Origin: an uncultured delta proteobacterium | Lineage (GTDB): Bacteria; Desulfobacterota; Binatia; HRBIN30; BPIQ01 | DNA length: 64,000 nucleotides | NCBI GenBank assembly: GCA_963761335.1 | Contig: CAVXGR010000021.1 | Coordinates: 128,001-192,000, forward strand | Direction of reading: 5' to 3' | Shown here: positions 50,544 to 60,866 of the stretch, one piece after another | Position numbering within the stretch: position 1 is the stretch's first letter | Layout of the letters: each line of letters opens with the position of its first letter | Program-made: the position numbers and the translations under genes | Notes under the pieces: model-generated | The model's input: the letters and a program-made list of their open reading frames with translations, nothing else | What the model was told of the DNA's origin: nothing | Databases searched by the model: none

Positions 50544-51605
50544 ATGCGATATTTCACCGGCGCCGTATTGGCGGCAGCCGTGCTCTCCACCGCGGCCTGC
50601 GACAAGCCGGCGGACTCCAAGCCCACGCATGGGCCGCCGCCGGTTTCGGTCGAGCTGGTGACGGTTCCCCGCCAGCCGATCCGCGACGTCCTCGACCTCG
50701 TCGGCCAGCTCGAGGCGGAGGAGTCGGTGATGATCAAGCCGGAGACCGAAGGGATCCTCGAGTCGGTCGAGTTCCAGGACGGCGACGAGGTGCGCAAGGG
50801 CGCTCTTCTCTTCCGCCTGCGCGACGACGAGCAGCAGGCGCGCATGGACGAGGCGACGGCGCTGCTGTCGCTGGCCAGGGACGAGTACGAGCGCGCCAAG
50901 ACGCTCGCCGAGAAGCACACAGTATCGGCGGCCGAGCTCGACCGCGCCACCTCGGCGTGGCAGGCGGCGAAGGCGCGCCGGGACCTGGCGCGGGTCGCCC
51001 TCCAGCGGATGGAGATCCGCGCCCCCTTCGACGGCGTGCTCGGGGCGCGTCAGGTCTCCCCGGGCGACCGCGTCGACGACAACCGCGGCCTGGTGCGCAT
51101 TGACTCGGTGGCGCGCCTGCGGCTGGCCTTCACGGTTCCCGAGATCGGCGTGCGCGCCGTGCGCACGGGTGTGCCGCTGGAGATCGGCGTCAGCCCCTAC
51201 CCGGCGGAGAAGTTCCCGGGCGAGGTGTACTTCGTGGCGCCGTCGCTCGATCCCGACAATCGCCGCCTGCTGCTCAAGGCGTGGGTCCCCAACCCGAAGC
51301 GCAAGCTGCGTCCCGGCCTGTTCGCCAACATCGAGGTGGAGATCGCTCGGCACGACGAGGCCCTGGTGGTGCCCGAGGCCGCCGTCGCCTACGACGCCAA
51401 GGGGCCCTTCGTCTGGCGCATCGTCGACGGCGACGTCGCCGAGCGCGCCGCCGTGGAGATCGGTATCCGCCAGCGCGGACGCATGGAGATCGTCTCCGGC
51501 CTGAATGCCGGCGATCGCATCGTCTCCGCCGGCACCCACAAGGTGTCTCTCGGAGCCCACGTCAAAGAGGTCCCGCCTCCCCCGCCGGCAGAGGCCAGTC
51601 CGTGA
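50544..51605 (+). CDS. RND efflux membrane fusion protein (lipoprotein)
   Basis: TAAC lipobox-like, IRAPFDG, LRPGLF, SGLNAGD. Confidence 0.93.
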   Translation: MRYFTGAVLAAAVLSTAACDKPADSKPTHGPPPVSVELVTVPRQPIRDVLDLVGQLEAEESVMIKPETEGILESVEFQDGDEVRKGALLFRLRDDEQQARMDEATALLSLARDEYERAKTLAEKHTVSAAELDRATSAWQAAKARRDLARVALQRMEIRAPFDGVLGARQVSPGDRVDDNRGLVRIDSVARLRLAFTVPEIGVRAVRTGVPLEIGVSPYPAEKFPGEVYFVAPSLDPDNRRLLLKAWVPNPKRKLRPGLFANIEVEIARHDEALVVPEAAVAYDAKGPFVWRIVDGDVAERAAVEIGIRQRGRMEIVSGLNAGDRIVSAGTHKVSLGAHVKEVPPPPPAEASP

Positions 51606-54600
51606 AGCTCTCGCAGGTCTGCATCGACAGGCCGGTTCTGTCCACGGTCCTGTCGCTGGTGATCGTCCTGTTCGGCTCGATCGCCGTCCTGCGACTGGCC
51701 AACCGCGAGTACCCCGACGTCGATCCCCCGGTCGTCGCGGTGACCACGGTTCTCACCGGCGCCGCTCCGGAGGTGATCGAGACCTCGGTGACGCAGCCGC
51801 TCGAGGACCAGCTCATCGCCATCGAGGGAGTCAAGCATCTCACCTCGCTCAGCCGCGAGCAGGTGTCGCAGATCACCGTCGAGTTCGACCTCGACCGCGA
51901 CGTCGACACCGCCGCCAACGACGTGCGCGACCGCGTGGCGCGGGCGCGCGGCGACCTCCCCGACGAGGTCGACGAACCGATCGTCTCGAAGAACGACGCC
52001 GACGCCTCGCCGATCATGTGGCTTGCCCTCTACGGCGGCAACTACTCCCAGGTCGAGATCTCGACGCTGGCGGAGACCCAGATCCAGGACCGCTTGGGGA
52101 AGCTCCCCGGTGTGTCGGCGGTGATCATCGCCGGCGAGAAGCGCTTCTCGATGCGCATCTGGGTCGACAACTCGCAGCTCACGGCGCACGGTCTCACCTC
52201 CTCGGACCTGGCGGCGGCGCTCAGGCGCGAGAACGTCGACATCCCCTCTGGACGCGTCGAGGGCTTGGACCGCGAGTTTACGGTGCGCACGCTCGGCGAG
52301 CTGAAGACCCCGGAGGCGTACGGGGCGCTCACCATCGCCACCGTCGACGGCGAGCCCGTGCACCTGCGCGACGTCGCCCGCGTCGAGGTCGGTCCGGAGG
52401 ACGAGCGCAAGCTGGTGCGCTTCAACGGCAAGGCCGCCGTCGGCCTCGGCATCGTCAAGCAGTCGAAGGCCAACACTCTCGATGTCGCCCGGGCGGTGAA
52501 GCAGGAGGCGCGGGACATCGCCGCCTCCCTGCCGCCCGGAGTGCACATCGACACCGCCTTCGACTCGTCCATCTTCATCGACCGTTCGCTCGAGGACGTG
52601 ACCCACACGATCATCGAGGCGATCATCCTGGTGGTCGTCGTCATCTTTCTCTTTCTGCGCTCGCTGCGCTCGACCATCATTCCCACCGTCGCCATCCCGG
52701 TGTCGCTGATCGGCACCTTCGCGGTGCTTTACGCCCTGGATTTCTCGATCAACACCCTGACGCTGATGGGCCTGACGCTGGCGATCGGATTGGTGGTGGA
52801 CGACGCCATCGTGGTGCTCGAGAACATCACCCGATGGGTGGAGCAAGGGTTGCCGCCGCGCGAGGCGGCGCGGCGGGGCATGAACGAGATCTCGTTTGCC
52901 GTGGTGGCGGCCACCGTCTCCACCATGGCGGTGTTCATGCCGCTCGCCTTTCTCACCGACACCACCGGCCTGCTCTTCCGCGAGTTCGGCATCACCGTGG
53001 CCACCGCCGTCGGCATCTCCGGCTTCGTCGCCCTGACGTTGTCGCCGATGCTCTGCGCCCGCATTCTGCGGCACAGCGCCGCGGAGCACGGCGTGCGCGC
53101 CCTGCTGGCACGCGGCTTCGACGGCCTCGCCTCCGGCTACAGCCTGCTGCTCCGGCCGCTGCTGCGGCACACCGGACTGACGCTGCTGGTCGGGGCGCTC
53201 TGGGTTGCCGCCGGCCTCTTTCTCATGCGCACCATCCCCCGCGAGTTCATCCCGCTGTCGGATCGCGGCGCCATTCCCGCCTTCATTCGCGCTCCCGAGG
53301 GCAGCACGGTCGAGTACACCGACCGCTATCAGCGCCAGGTCGAGAAGCAGGTCCTCGCCGTGCCGGAGGTCGAGAAGGCGTTCTCGGTGATTGCCCTCGG
53401 CATCGGCACGCCGGGCATGGTCAACGAGGGCGCGATCTTCGCGAGCCTCAAGCCGTGGGAGGAGCGCCGCCGCAGCCAGATGGAGATCGTCGATCAGCTG
53501 CGCGTGCAGCTCTCGTCGCTCGGCGGCATCCAGGCGTTTCCCATGAACATGCCGGCGCTCAGCCAGAGCATGAACTCGGCTCCCGTATCGCTGGTGATCC
53601 AGGGCCCCGAGGTGGAGCCGCTGGCGCACTATACGGACGAGATCCTGCAGCGGGCGCGGGCGATCCCGGGCCTGGTGAACCTGCAGACGGACCTGCTTCT
53701 CAACAAGCCGCAGATCGAGGTGCAGATCGATCGCGACCGCGCCGCCGATCTCGGCGCCTCGGCGCGGGAGATCGCCAGCACCCTACAGCTCCTCTTCGGC
53801 GGGCTCGACGTCACCACCTTCAAGATCGGCGGCGAGACCTACAACGTCGTGGCCCAGCTCGAGCGGAGCGAGCGCGCCAACCCGCGCGATCTCTACGGGG
53901 TCTACGTGCGCGGCCGCAGTGGCCAGCTGATTCCGCTGGCCTCGATGGTGAACGTTCGCGAGACGGTCGCCCCCCGGGGTCTGCCGCACTTCGACCGCCT
54001 GCGCGCCGCCACGCTCACCGGCTACCTCGTCCAGGGCGCGCCGCTCGGCAGCGCCCTCGAGCAGATCCGCCAGATCGCCGACGACGTCCTGCCGCAGCAC
54101 CAGGGCTACCGGGTTACCTTCTCCGGCGAGTCGGAGAGCTATTTCGAGTCGGGGAATTCCCTGGCGTTCGCCTACGCGCTGGCGGTGGTGATCATCTTCC
54201 TGGTGCTGGCGGCGCAGTTCGAGAGCTTCCTGCACCCGGTGACCATCCTGGTCGCCGTGGCGCTGTCGTTCACCGGCGCGCTGGTGGCGCTGCTGGCCAC
54301 CGGCAGCACGCTCAACCTGTTCAGTGAGATCGGCCTGGTGATGCTCGTCGGGCTGGTGACCAAGAACTCGATTCTGATCGTCGAGTTCGCCAACCAGCTC
54401 CGCGAGCAGGGCCTCGGGGTGGTCGAGGCGACCTTCCAGGCGGCGCAGACGCGCTTCCGCCCCATCCTGATGACGGCGCTCTCGACCATCGTCGGCATCC
54501 TGCCCATCGCCCTCGGTGGCGGCGCCGGCGGCGAGTCGCGCGCGCCTCTGGGCATCGCGGTGGTGGGCGGCATGCTGTTCTCCACCATCCTCACGTTCTT

Positions 54601-54715
54601 CGTCGTGCCGGCGACCTACATTGCGCTCGAGCGCCTGCGCGCCAGAATCGCCGGCCCGGCGACCGCCGAGAGCGAGACGCTCAGCGGCGCGAGCCCGCTC
54701 GCCGAACGATCCTAG
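51602..54715 (+). CDS. RND efflux permease (AcrB family)
   Basis: IDRPV, GLVVDDAIVVLEN, KNSILIVEFA, RFRPILMT. Confidence 0.96.
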   Translation: MKLSQVCIDRPVLSTVLSLVIVLFGSIAVLRLANREYPDVDPPVVAVTTVLTGAAPEVIETSVTQPLEDQLIAIEGVKHLTSLSREQVSQITVEFDLDRDVDTAANDVRDRVARARGDLPDEVDEPIVSKNDADASPIMWLALYGGNYSQVEISTLAETQIQDRLGKLPGVSAVIIAGEKRFSMRIWVDNSQLTAHGLTSSDLAAALRRENVDIPSGRVEGLDREFTVRTLGELKTPEAYGALTIATVDGEPVHLRDVARVEVGPEDERKLVRFNGKAAVGLGIVKQSKANTLDVARAVKQEARDIAASLPPGVHIDTAFDSSIFIDRSLEDVTHTIIEAIILVVVVIFLFLRSLRSTIIPTVAIPVSLIGTFAVLYALDFSINTLTLMGLTLAIGLVVDDAIVVLENITRWVEQGLPPREAARRGMNEISFAVVAATVSTMAVFMPLAFLTDTTGLLFREFGITVATAVGISGFVALTLSPMLCARILRHSAAEHGVRALLARGFDGLASGYSLLLRPLLRHTGLTLLVGALWVAAGLFLMRTIPREFIPLSDRGAIPAFIRAPEGSTVEYTDRYQRQVEKQVLAVPEVEKAFSVIALGIGTPGMVNEGAIFASLKPWEERRRSQMEIVDQLRVQLSSLGGIQAFPMNMPALSQSMNSAPVSLVIQGPEVEPLAHYTDEILQRARAIPGLVNLQTDLLLNKPQIEVQIDRDRAADLGASAREIASTLQLLFGGLDVTTFKIGGETYNVVAQLERSERANPRDLYGVYVRGRSGQLIPLASMVNVRETVAPRGLPHFDRLRAATLTGYLVQGAPLGSALEQIRQIADDVLPQHQGYRVTFSGESESYFESGNSLAFAYALAVVIIFLVLAAQFESFLHPVTILVAVALSFTGALVALLATGSTLNLFSEIGLVMLVGLVTKNSILIVEFANQLREQGLGVVEATFQAAQTRFRPILMTALSTIVGILPIALGGGAGGESRAPLGIAVVGGMLFSTILTFFVVPATYIALERLRARIAGPATAESETLSGASPLAERS

Positions 54716-54726
54716 AAGGAGAGACC

Positions 54727-55137
54727 ATGAGCTCCATCGAGCCGACCCCAGCGCAGATGCAACGACTTCTCGAAGAGGCCGCCAAGCCGGGCCCCGTGGT
54801 GATGATCAACCTGCTGCGCTACCGCGAGCGCGCCGCCTATCCGGCGGGCTTCGACGCGACTCCGTGCAGTGGTCGCGAGGCCTATCAGCGCTACGGCGCC
54901 GTGGCCGTGAACAAGGTGACCGGCGTCGGCGGCAGGATCGTGTGGATGGCACCGGTTCACGGCGCCGTGATCGCCCCCGAAGGCGAGGCGTGGGACGATG
55001 CCGTCCTCGTCGAGTATCCCTCGCGGCGAGCGTTTCTCGACATGGTGTCGCAGCCGGACTATCAGGCGGCGGCGGTGCACCGCACCGCGGCGCTGGCCGA
55101 CTCGCGGCTGCTGCTCACCGAGCCGCCGACAGCGTGA
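54727..55137 (+). CDS. DUF1330-family protein
   Basis: PVVMINLLRY, SGREAYQRY, WDDAVLVEYPS; AAGGAG RBS. Confidence 0.85.
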   Translation: MSSIEPTPAQMQRLLEEAAKPGPVVMINLLRYRERAAYPAGFDATPCSGREAYQRYGAVAVNKVTGVGGRIVWMAPVHGAVIAPEGEAWDDAVLVEYPSRRAFLDMVSQPDYQAAAVHRTAALADSRLLLTEPPTA

Positions 55138-55155
55138 TGGTGGCCGGGGGATTGA

Positions 55156-55275
55156 GAGGCTGTCTCAAAACCGGAGTAGAAGCGCCGTCCCGGCGCTTTC
55201 CGAAGCGGCGAGACGCCGCTTCTACTTGACCCGCGGGCCGGCGGGATCGTTTCGCGCGGGGGTTGAGACGGCCTC
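55156..55275. mobile_element. 120-bp MITE-like element with GTAG-REP doublet (copy 2, inverted)
   Basis: TIRs gaggctgtctcaa / ttgagacggcctc; core is the reverse complement of 1439-1558. Confidence 0.8.
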
Positions 55276-55302
55276 TTCTACCCCCGGCTCCGAATGGCGC
55301 GG

Positions 55303-57117
55303 CTAGAACCACTCCTGACGGAAATCGAGCGCCGTCCGCTCGCCGCTGCGGAGAATTTCCGCGGTGGCGTGCAGGTGAGGGAGCTCGTTGTTCAGGTAGA
55401 AGCGGGCGGTGGCGAGCTTGCCGGCGTAGTAGCTCTGCTCCGCACCCGAGGCGCCGGCGTCGAGGGCCTTCTGCGCCACCGTCGCCTGCCAGAGGAAGAG
55501 CCAGGAGATGACCAGTCGAGAGAACATCTGCAGGTATGCCGTCGCCGAGCTGATGTAGAGCTCGACATCTCCCGACATGGCGATTCCGGCGAGGTGCGCG
55601 GTGGTCTCGCCGACGTCGTTCAGCGCCTTGTCGACCTGGCGGGCCATGTCGGCCAGCACGGCGACGCTCGATGCCTCCTCGACGGTCCGGGACATCTGCG
55701 CCAGTAGGGCGCGGAACGCCTCGCCGCCCTTCATCACCACCTTGCGCCCGAGCAGGTCCATCGCCTGGATGCCATTGGTGCCTTCGTAGATGGGGAACAC
55801 CTTGCCGTCCCGCAGCATCTGCGCCAGCGGGAACTCCTCGCTGAAGCCGTAGCCGCCGTAGCACTGAATGGCGAGCACGATGGAGTCGTACGACGCCTCG
55901 GAGCCGTAGGCCTTGCATACGGGTGTGAGCAGGTCGAGGACGTCCCTCGCCGCGGCGCGCTCCGCCTCGTCGGCGCCGCAGAGCTCTCGGTCGCCGAGCA
56001 AGGCGGCGTAGGCGAGGAGGGCGAACATGCCCTCGGTGGTCGCCTTCTGCACCAGCAGCATGCGGCGGACGTCGGCGTGCTCGATGATCGGAAGCTGCGG
56101 CGTGGTCGGATCTTTTTCCGTCGCCTTCCTGCCCTGCAGGCGCTCGCGCGCGTACTGCAGCGCGTGCTGGTAGGCGTTGGAGGCCAGGCTGGTCGCCTGC
56201 AGGCCGGTGGCGATGCGGGCGTGGTTCATGAGCAGGAACATGTAGGCGAGCCCGCGGTTCGGCTCGCCCAGCAGCCATCCCCGGCAGTCGCCGCTATCGC
56301 CGAAAGTCAGGGTGGCAGTGGCATTGCCGCGCAGCCCGAGCTTGTGCTCGATGCCGGCCGTCACCACGTCGTTGAGCTCGCCGGGCGACCCGTCGGCCGT
56401 GAAGCGGTACTTGGGAACGATGAAGAGGCTGATGCCCTTCACCCCCGGAGGCGCGCCCGGAAGGCGGGCGAGCACCGGGTGCACGATGTTGTCGGTGATG
56501 TCCTGGTCGCCGTTGGAGATGAAGCACTTGGTGCCGGTGATCAGGTAGTAGTCGCCGCCGCTCGCCTTGACGGCGGTGGTCTTCACGTCGCTCAGGGAGC
56601 TGCCCGCCTGCGGTTCGGTGAGGCACATGCTTCCGCCCCACCCGCCGCTGTAGAGCTTCTCCAGGCAGGTCTTCTTGAGCTCGTCGCTGCCGAAGGAGCG
56701 GATCAGGCCGGCGGCGCCGACGGCACCGCCCATGTACATGTTGGCGGCCGTGTTCGCCGCGTTGAAGATCAGAGCGGTCGCCGCGGCCACGGCTCCGGGG
56801 ACCTGCTGCCCGCCCAGCTCGAAGGGCGCCGTCTCTCCGTGCCAGCCGCCTTGCTTGTAAGCCTGCCAGATACGGTGCATGGGCTCCGGCACGCTGGTGG
56901 TTTTGCTCTTCGGGTCGTAGGTGGCGCCGATGCGATCCATCTCCATGTACGCCGGCCAGCAGACCTCGCGCGCCAGCTCGTAGGCGGCGTCGATCACCGT
57001 GTCGAAGGTCTCGCGGGAATGGTCGGCATAATACTCGTGCTTGGTCAGCTCTTCGACGTCGAGCATTTCGTAGAGGACGAAGCGGATGTCGCGGAGGTTC
57101 ACCAGAGTGTCGGTCAT
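55303..57117 (-). CDS. Acyl-CoA dehydrogenase (long, ~600-aa type)
   Basis: MCLTEPQAGS, GTKCFISNG, EHKLG, GGYGF, IYEGTNGIQ. Confidence 0.95.
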   Translation of the reverse strand: MTDTLVNLRDIRFVLYEMLDVEELTKHEYYADHSRETFDTVIDAAYELAREVCWPAYMEMDRIGATYDPKSKTTSVPEPMHRIWQAYKQGGWHGETAPFELGGQQVPGAVAAATALIFNAANTAANMYMGGAVGAAGLIRSFGSDELKKTCLEKLYSGGWGGSMCLTEPQAGSSLSDVKTTAVKASGGDYYLITGTKCFISNGDQDITDNIVHPVLARLPGAPPGVKGISLFIVPKYRFTADGSPGELNDVVTAGIEHKLGLRGNATATLTFGDSGDCRGWLLGEPNRGLAYMFLLMNHARIATGLQATSLASNAYQHALQYARERLQGRKATEKDPTTPQLPIIEHADVRRMLLVQKATTEGMFALLAYAALLGDRELCGADEAERAAARDVLDLLTPVCKAYGSEASYDSIVLAIQCYGGYGFSEEFPLAQMLRDGKVFPIYEGTNGIQAMDLLGRKVVMKGGEAFRALLAQMSRTVEEASSVAVLADMARQVDKALNDVGETTAHLAGIAMSGDVELYISSATAYLQMFSRLVISWLFLWQATVAQKALDAGASGAEQSYYAGKLATARFYLNNELPHLHATAEILRSGERTALDFRQEWF

Positions 57118-57193
57118 CGTGTTCTCCTGCTGCCGGAGGGTTTTTTTGGAGCCCTTGTCGATGCCAAGGGCAAACAACTTCGGTGAATCCCCG

Positions 57194-57209
57194 TGCAGCT
57201 TGCGTGCCG
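57194..57209 (-). promoter_or_regulatory. Putative sigma54 (-24/-12) promoter
   Basis: CGGCACGCAAGCTGCA resembles TGGCACG-N4-TTGCA with correct GG/GC spacing, about 77 bp upstream of the acyl-CoA dehydrogenase start. Confidence 0.55.
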
Positions 57210-57461
57210 AGCCCGTTTGCTGTCGATCAGGCCTCCGTTCCGAGGGGCAGAGCGTTCATGCCCAGGCACCTGCTCCGGCGCATTCTCGGTTATGACAATG
57301 ACGCACTGCGCAATTTTCCGGAGACGGAGAAGGGAGGGGAAGCGGACGGGCTCCTTTTCGGTCCGGCGGCGGCCGTATGGAAGGCTCCGTCCCTGGTCGC
57401 CGAATAGGTGCCTGTCCCCGTCCTCTTGTCTCGACGGCGCGCATGCGCTGAAAGTGGAGGC

Positions 57462-58646
57462 ATGCGCTCCCTGGGGTACCTCATCAACGACGCCGACAAT
57501 CACTACTACGAGCCCGACGACTGCTTCACGCGACACATCGAGAGCCGCCTGCGCGGCGAGACGGTGTGGATCGACCGCGCCGGCGATCACCCCGGGCGGA
57601 TGTATGTCGGCCGGGAGCGCTGCCACTTCTTCAGCGTCGGCGCCGGGGACAGCGTCGGTCCGCCCGGCATCATGAAGGCCTTCCTGCGCGGCGACAGCGA
57701 TGAGGGCGGCAGCCCCAGCCTGCGCCCGATCAAGGCGCTGGCGGTGCCGGAGTTCGTCGACCGCCGGGCGCGATTGGCGCAGATGGATGCGCAGGAGGTC
57801 GAGGCCTGCCTGATGCTGCCGACGGCGGGTGTCGGGGTCGAGCCGCAGCTGCGCGAGCACCCCGAGGTTCTCTACCCGAGCGTGCGCTCCTTCAATCGCT
57901 GGCTGGAGGAGGACTGGGGCTACGGCGACGACGGGAGAATCTACGGAGCGCCGCTGCTGTCGTTGTTCGATCTATCGCAGGCGCTCGCCGAGCTCGAGCG
58001 GCTGCTGCGGCTCGGCGCCCGCTTTGCGGTGCTGACCGCCGGTCCGATCGCCGGGCGCTCGCCCGCCGATCCGCACTTCGATCCCTTCTGGGCGCGCTGC
58101 GAGGAAGCGGGGCTCAGCATCGTCTACCACATCGGGCGGACGCCCTTCAGCGAGATGTACAACCCGCCGTGGGGGCTGCGCCCGCACCCGCCCTCGCACC
58201 GGCACTCGCTCATGGAGTACGCGCTGTCGTTCACCGAGCGGCCGGTGGTCGACACGGTGACCGCGCTGATCGCCGACAACCTCTTCGGCCGCTTTCCGCG
58301 GCTGCGGGTTCTGAGCGTCGAGTACGGCTCCAGCTGGGTGGCGCCGCTGTTGCACAAGCTCGATCACCTGGCGCGGCTCTACAGCAAGGACATGTGGCGC
58401 TTCGGCACACCGCCGCTGAAGCCCAGCGACAGCTTCCGGCAGAACGTCTGGGTGGCGCCGTTCTTCGAGGACGACGTCGTCGCCCTGGCGCGTCTGATCG
58501 GTGCCGGCCATGTGCTCAATGGCTCCGACTACCCGCACCCCGAGGGGCTCGCCCAGCCGTTGGAGTTTGCCGACGAGCTCGCGGGCCTCGACGCCGCCGA
58601 CGTGCGCCGCATCATGCGCGACAACTTCGCGGCGTTGGTGGCCTGA
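57462..58646 (+). CDS. Amidohydrolase_2 family protein
   Basis: DADNHYYE, DPFWA, SVEYG, GSDYPHPEG. Confidence 0.9.
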   Translation: MRSLGYLINDADNHYYEPDDCFTRHIESRLRGETVWIDRAGDHPGRMYVGRERCHFFSVGAGDSVGPPGIMKAFLRGDSDEGGSPSLRPIKALAVPEFVDRRARLAQMDAQEVEACLMLPTAGVGVEPQLREHPEVLYPSVRSFNRWLEEDWGYGDDGRIYGAPLLSLFDLSQALAELERLLRLGARFAVLTAGPIAGRSPADPHFDPFWARCEEAGLSIVYHIGRTPFSEMYNPPWGLRPHPPSHRHSLMEYALSFTERPVVDTVTALIADNLFGRFPRLRVLSVEYGSSWVAPLLHKLDHLARLYSKDMWRFGTPPLKPSDSFRQNVWVAPFFEDDVVALARLIGAGHVLNGSDYPHPEGLAQPLEFADELAGLDAADVRRIMRDNFAALVA

Positions 58647-58705
58647 GAAAGGGGGACAGGCACCTTCTCGGCGACACGCGGCGGTGGTTGACGCGGGAGG
58701 TTCAC

Positions 58706-58843
58706 GGAGAATGTAAAATGCAAAACCGGTGACCGGTGATTCAGAACCGGAAATGTCGGAAGCCCGCGGTTGCGACGGCAGTCCATCCGAATCGTTCACC
58801 GGTTCTCCATCACCGGTCACCGGTTTTGCATTTTACATTCTCC
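58706..58843. repeat. Perfect 35-bp inverted repeat between convergent genes
   Basis: ggagaatgtaaaatgcaaaaccggtgaccggtgat (58706-58740) and its exact reverse complement (58809-58843). Confidence 0.9.
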
Positions 58844-58908
58844 AAAGCTGCAGAGGTAACTCCGAAGCTGCAGAGGGCAGGGCTCCTGCCGAGCCACGTC
58901 GCCCTCCC

Positions 58909-59682
58909 TTACGACGCCTTGCCGGAGCGGGGTGGGGCAGAAGGCTCCTCGGGGACGTTGCCCTCGGCGACGTAGCGCAGGAGGAAGTCGCGGCGCAGCA
59001 GGGCGAGCATCTGGTTGATCAGCTCGATTCCCTCCTCGGCCATGCGCGCCGCCTGCTCGACCGGCACCTTGCCGGCGACCTGGCGGGTGAAGATGTGCAG
59101 CTCCTCGCGCGCCAGCCAGCGCACCATGTCGACGTAGAGCCGGCAGTTCTCGGGGCCGACGCCGAGGTCGGGGGTAAAGCCGGCCTGGCGCATGCGCCCC
59201 CAGAGCTCGACGAGGCGCACTGCCGAGCCTTCGATCCACTGATCGCCGTCGCGAGTGACGATCTCGAAGGCGCCGGTATCGGCGAGCTCGCGCACCTCGC
59301 GCGCCGGAACTCTGGTGCGGCTGGCCAGCGCGCTCAGGCGCTCGGCCGTCTGTGCGAGCGACTGGCGCACCTGCGGGAACAGCTTGCCATCGAGCTGGAG
59401 GAGGGCGGTGATCTCCGCATCGGAAGGGGCTCGATCGCTGGCGACAATCGCCTTGATGACGTTGAGCGGCAGGTATCGCTTCTGCTGCAGCTCCTTGATG
59501 AAGCGGATGCGTTCGACGAACGACTCGTCGTAGTAGGCGACGTTTCGACCCGGGCGCTCGGGCTCGGGCAGGAGTCCCTCGCGGATGTAGAAGCGGATCG
59601 ACTCCCGCCCGACGCCGGTGGCTCTCTCGAGGTCCTTCATCTTGAGCCGCTTCCGTTGGGCCGCAGCGATGCGGGTGCCCAT
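58909..59682 (-). CDS. MerR-family transcriptional regulator
   Basis: MKDLERATGVGRESIRFYIREGLLP HTH. Confidence 0.9.
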   Translation of the reverse strand: MGTRIAAAQRKRLKMKDLERATGVGRESIRFYIREGLLPEPERPGRNVAYYDESFVERIRFIKELQQKRYLPLNVIKAIVASDRAPSDAEITALLQLDGKLFPQVRQSLAQTAERLSALASRTRVPAREVRELADTGAFEIVTRDGDQWIEGSAVRLVELWGRMRQAGFTPDLGVGPENCRLYVDMVRWLAREELHIFTRQVAGKVPVEQAARMAEEGIELINQMLALLRRDFLLRYVAEGNVPEEPSAPPRSGKAS

Positions 59683-59717
59683 GGCGCTTTCGTTCGAGTG
59701 CGTGGAAGTCTGCGGCT

Positions 59718-60797
59718 TCAGGCGGCGCTGCCCACGGCCGCGACCTCGGCGATCTCCTTCTGCCGCTGGTCGAACTCGGCGGCGATCTCCTCGTCGCGCC
59801 GCCCCAGGGCGTCGAGGTCGGCGTCGGCGAAGCCGAGGATGTCCATGTCCGCGTACGCCTTGCGCACCCGAGGGCCCCACAGGCCGATGTCCTTGATGGT
59901 GGGCACGATGCGGCCGAAGAGGCTGCTGCGGTAGATCTTCATCAGCTCCGACCGATCCGTGTAGGCCTTGCACTCGGCCACCGGCAGGCCGAGCGTCTCC
60001 CAGACCTCGTCGCCGAGGAAGCGATCGCGCAGGAGGTAGCACCCCTCGACGACGAACTCCTCGCGCTCGTCGCGCTCCTTCTCGGTCAGCTGCGGATAGT
60101 ACTCGCGCAGCGCCAGGCGGCCGAAGGCCACGTGCCGGGCCTCGTCCTGCATGACATAGGCGGTGACCGAGGAGGCGAGGTGGTTCTGTGCCTGATCGCG
60201 GATGAGGCCGAAGGCGGCGAGGGCGACGCCCTCCACCAGGACTTGCATGCCGAGGTAGGTCATGTCCCAGCGCCCATCGGCGAGGGTGTCGTTCAGCAGC
60301 TGCTGGAGGTAGGGGTTGATCGGATAGGCGAGCTCGAACTTCTCGTGCAGCAGGCGGGAGTAGGCCTCGACGTGACGCGCCTCATCGACGACCTGGGTGG
60401 CGGCGTAGAACTTGGCGTCCATCGTCGGCACCTGCTGGACGATCTTCGCGGTGCAGACGAGGGCTCCCTGCTCGCCGTGGAGGAACTGCGACAGCTGCCA
60501 TGCCTGGAAGTGGCGGCGCAGGTTGGCCTTCTCCTCAGCGGTGAGCCGGTTCCAGATCTCCGAGCCATGAATCGGGATGACCTCATCGGGAAGACCCTCG
60601 GGGTTCTCCGGATCCAGGTTCTGCGACCAGTCGATGCGTTCGGAGGCATCCCACTGCAAGCGTTTCCCCTTCTGGTAGAGGTTGAGCAGCTTGTCGCGCC
60701 CGTCCTCGTACTCCCAGCGGAACACGGTCTCGAAGCTCTGCGGCAGGATCCAGTCGGTCTCGGTCACAGGCCTGGCGTAGCGGTCGACAGTCGTCAT
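59718..60797 (-). CDS. Ferritin-like diiron protein (AurF-like)
   Basis: HGEQGA, two DEARH motifs, QVLVEG. Confidence 0.88.
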   Translation of the reverse strand: MTTVDRYARPVTETDWILPQSFETVFRWEYEDGRDKLLNLYQKGKRLQWDASERIDWSQNLDPENPEGLPDEVIPIHGSEIWNRLTAEEKANLRRHFQAWQLSQFLHGEQGALVCTAKIVQQVPTMDAKFYAATQVVDEARHVEAYSRLLHEKFELAYPINPYLQQLLNDTLADGRWDMTYLGMQVLVEGVALAAFGLIRDQAQNHLASSVTAYVMQDEARHVAFGRLALREYYPQLTEKERDEREEFVVEGCYLLRDRFLGDEVWETLGLPVAECKAYTDRSELMKIYRSSLFGRIVPTIKDIGLWGPRVRKAYADMDILGFADADLDALGRRDEEIAAEFDQRQKEIAEVAAVGSAA

Positions 60798-60829
60798 CGC
60801 GGGGAAGTCTCCTTTTCGGTTTTGGTGAT

Positions 60830-60866
60830 ATGCGTAGTACTAGTACGCATTACGTGCCATTGTCAA
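60830..60866 (-). promoter_or_regulatory. Promoter with dyad ATGCGTA-N7-TACGCAT
   Basis: TTGACA (minus strand, 60861-60866) followed by a palindrome at 60830-60850 covering the -10 region. Confidence 0.6.
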
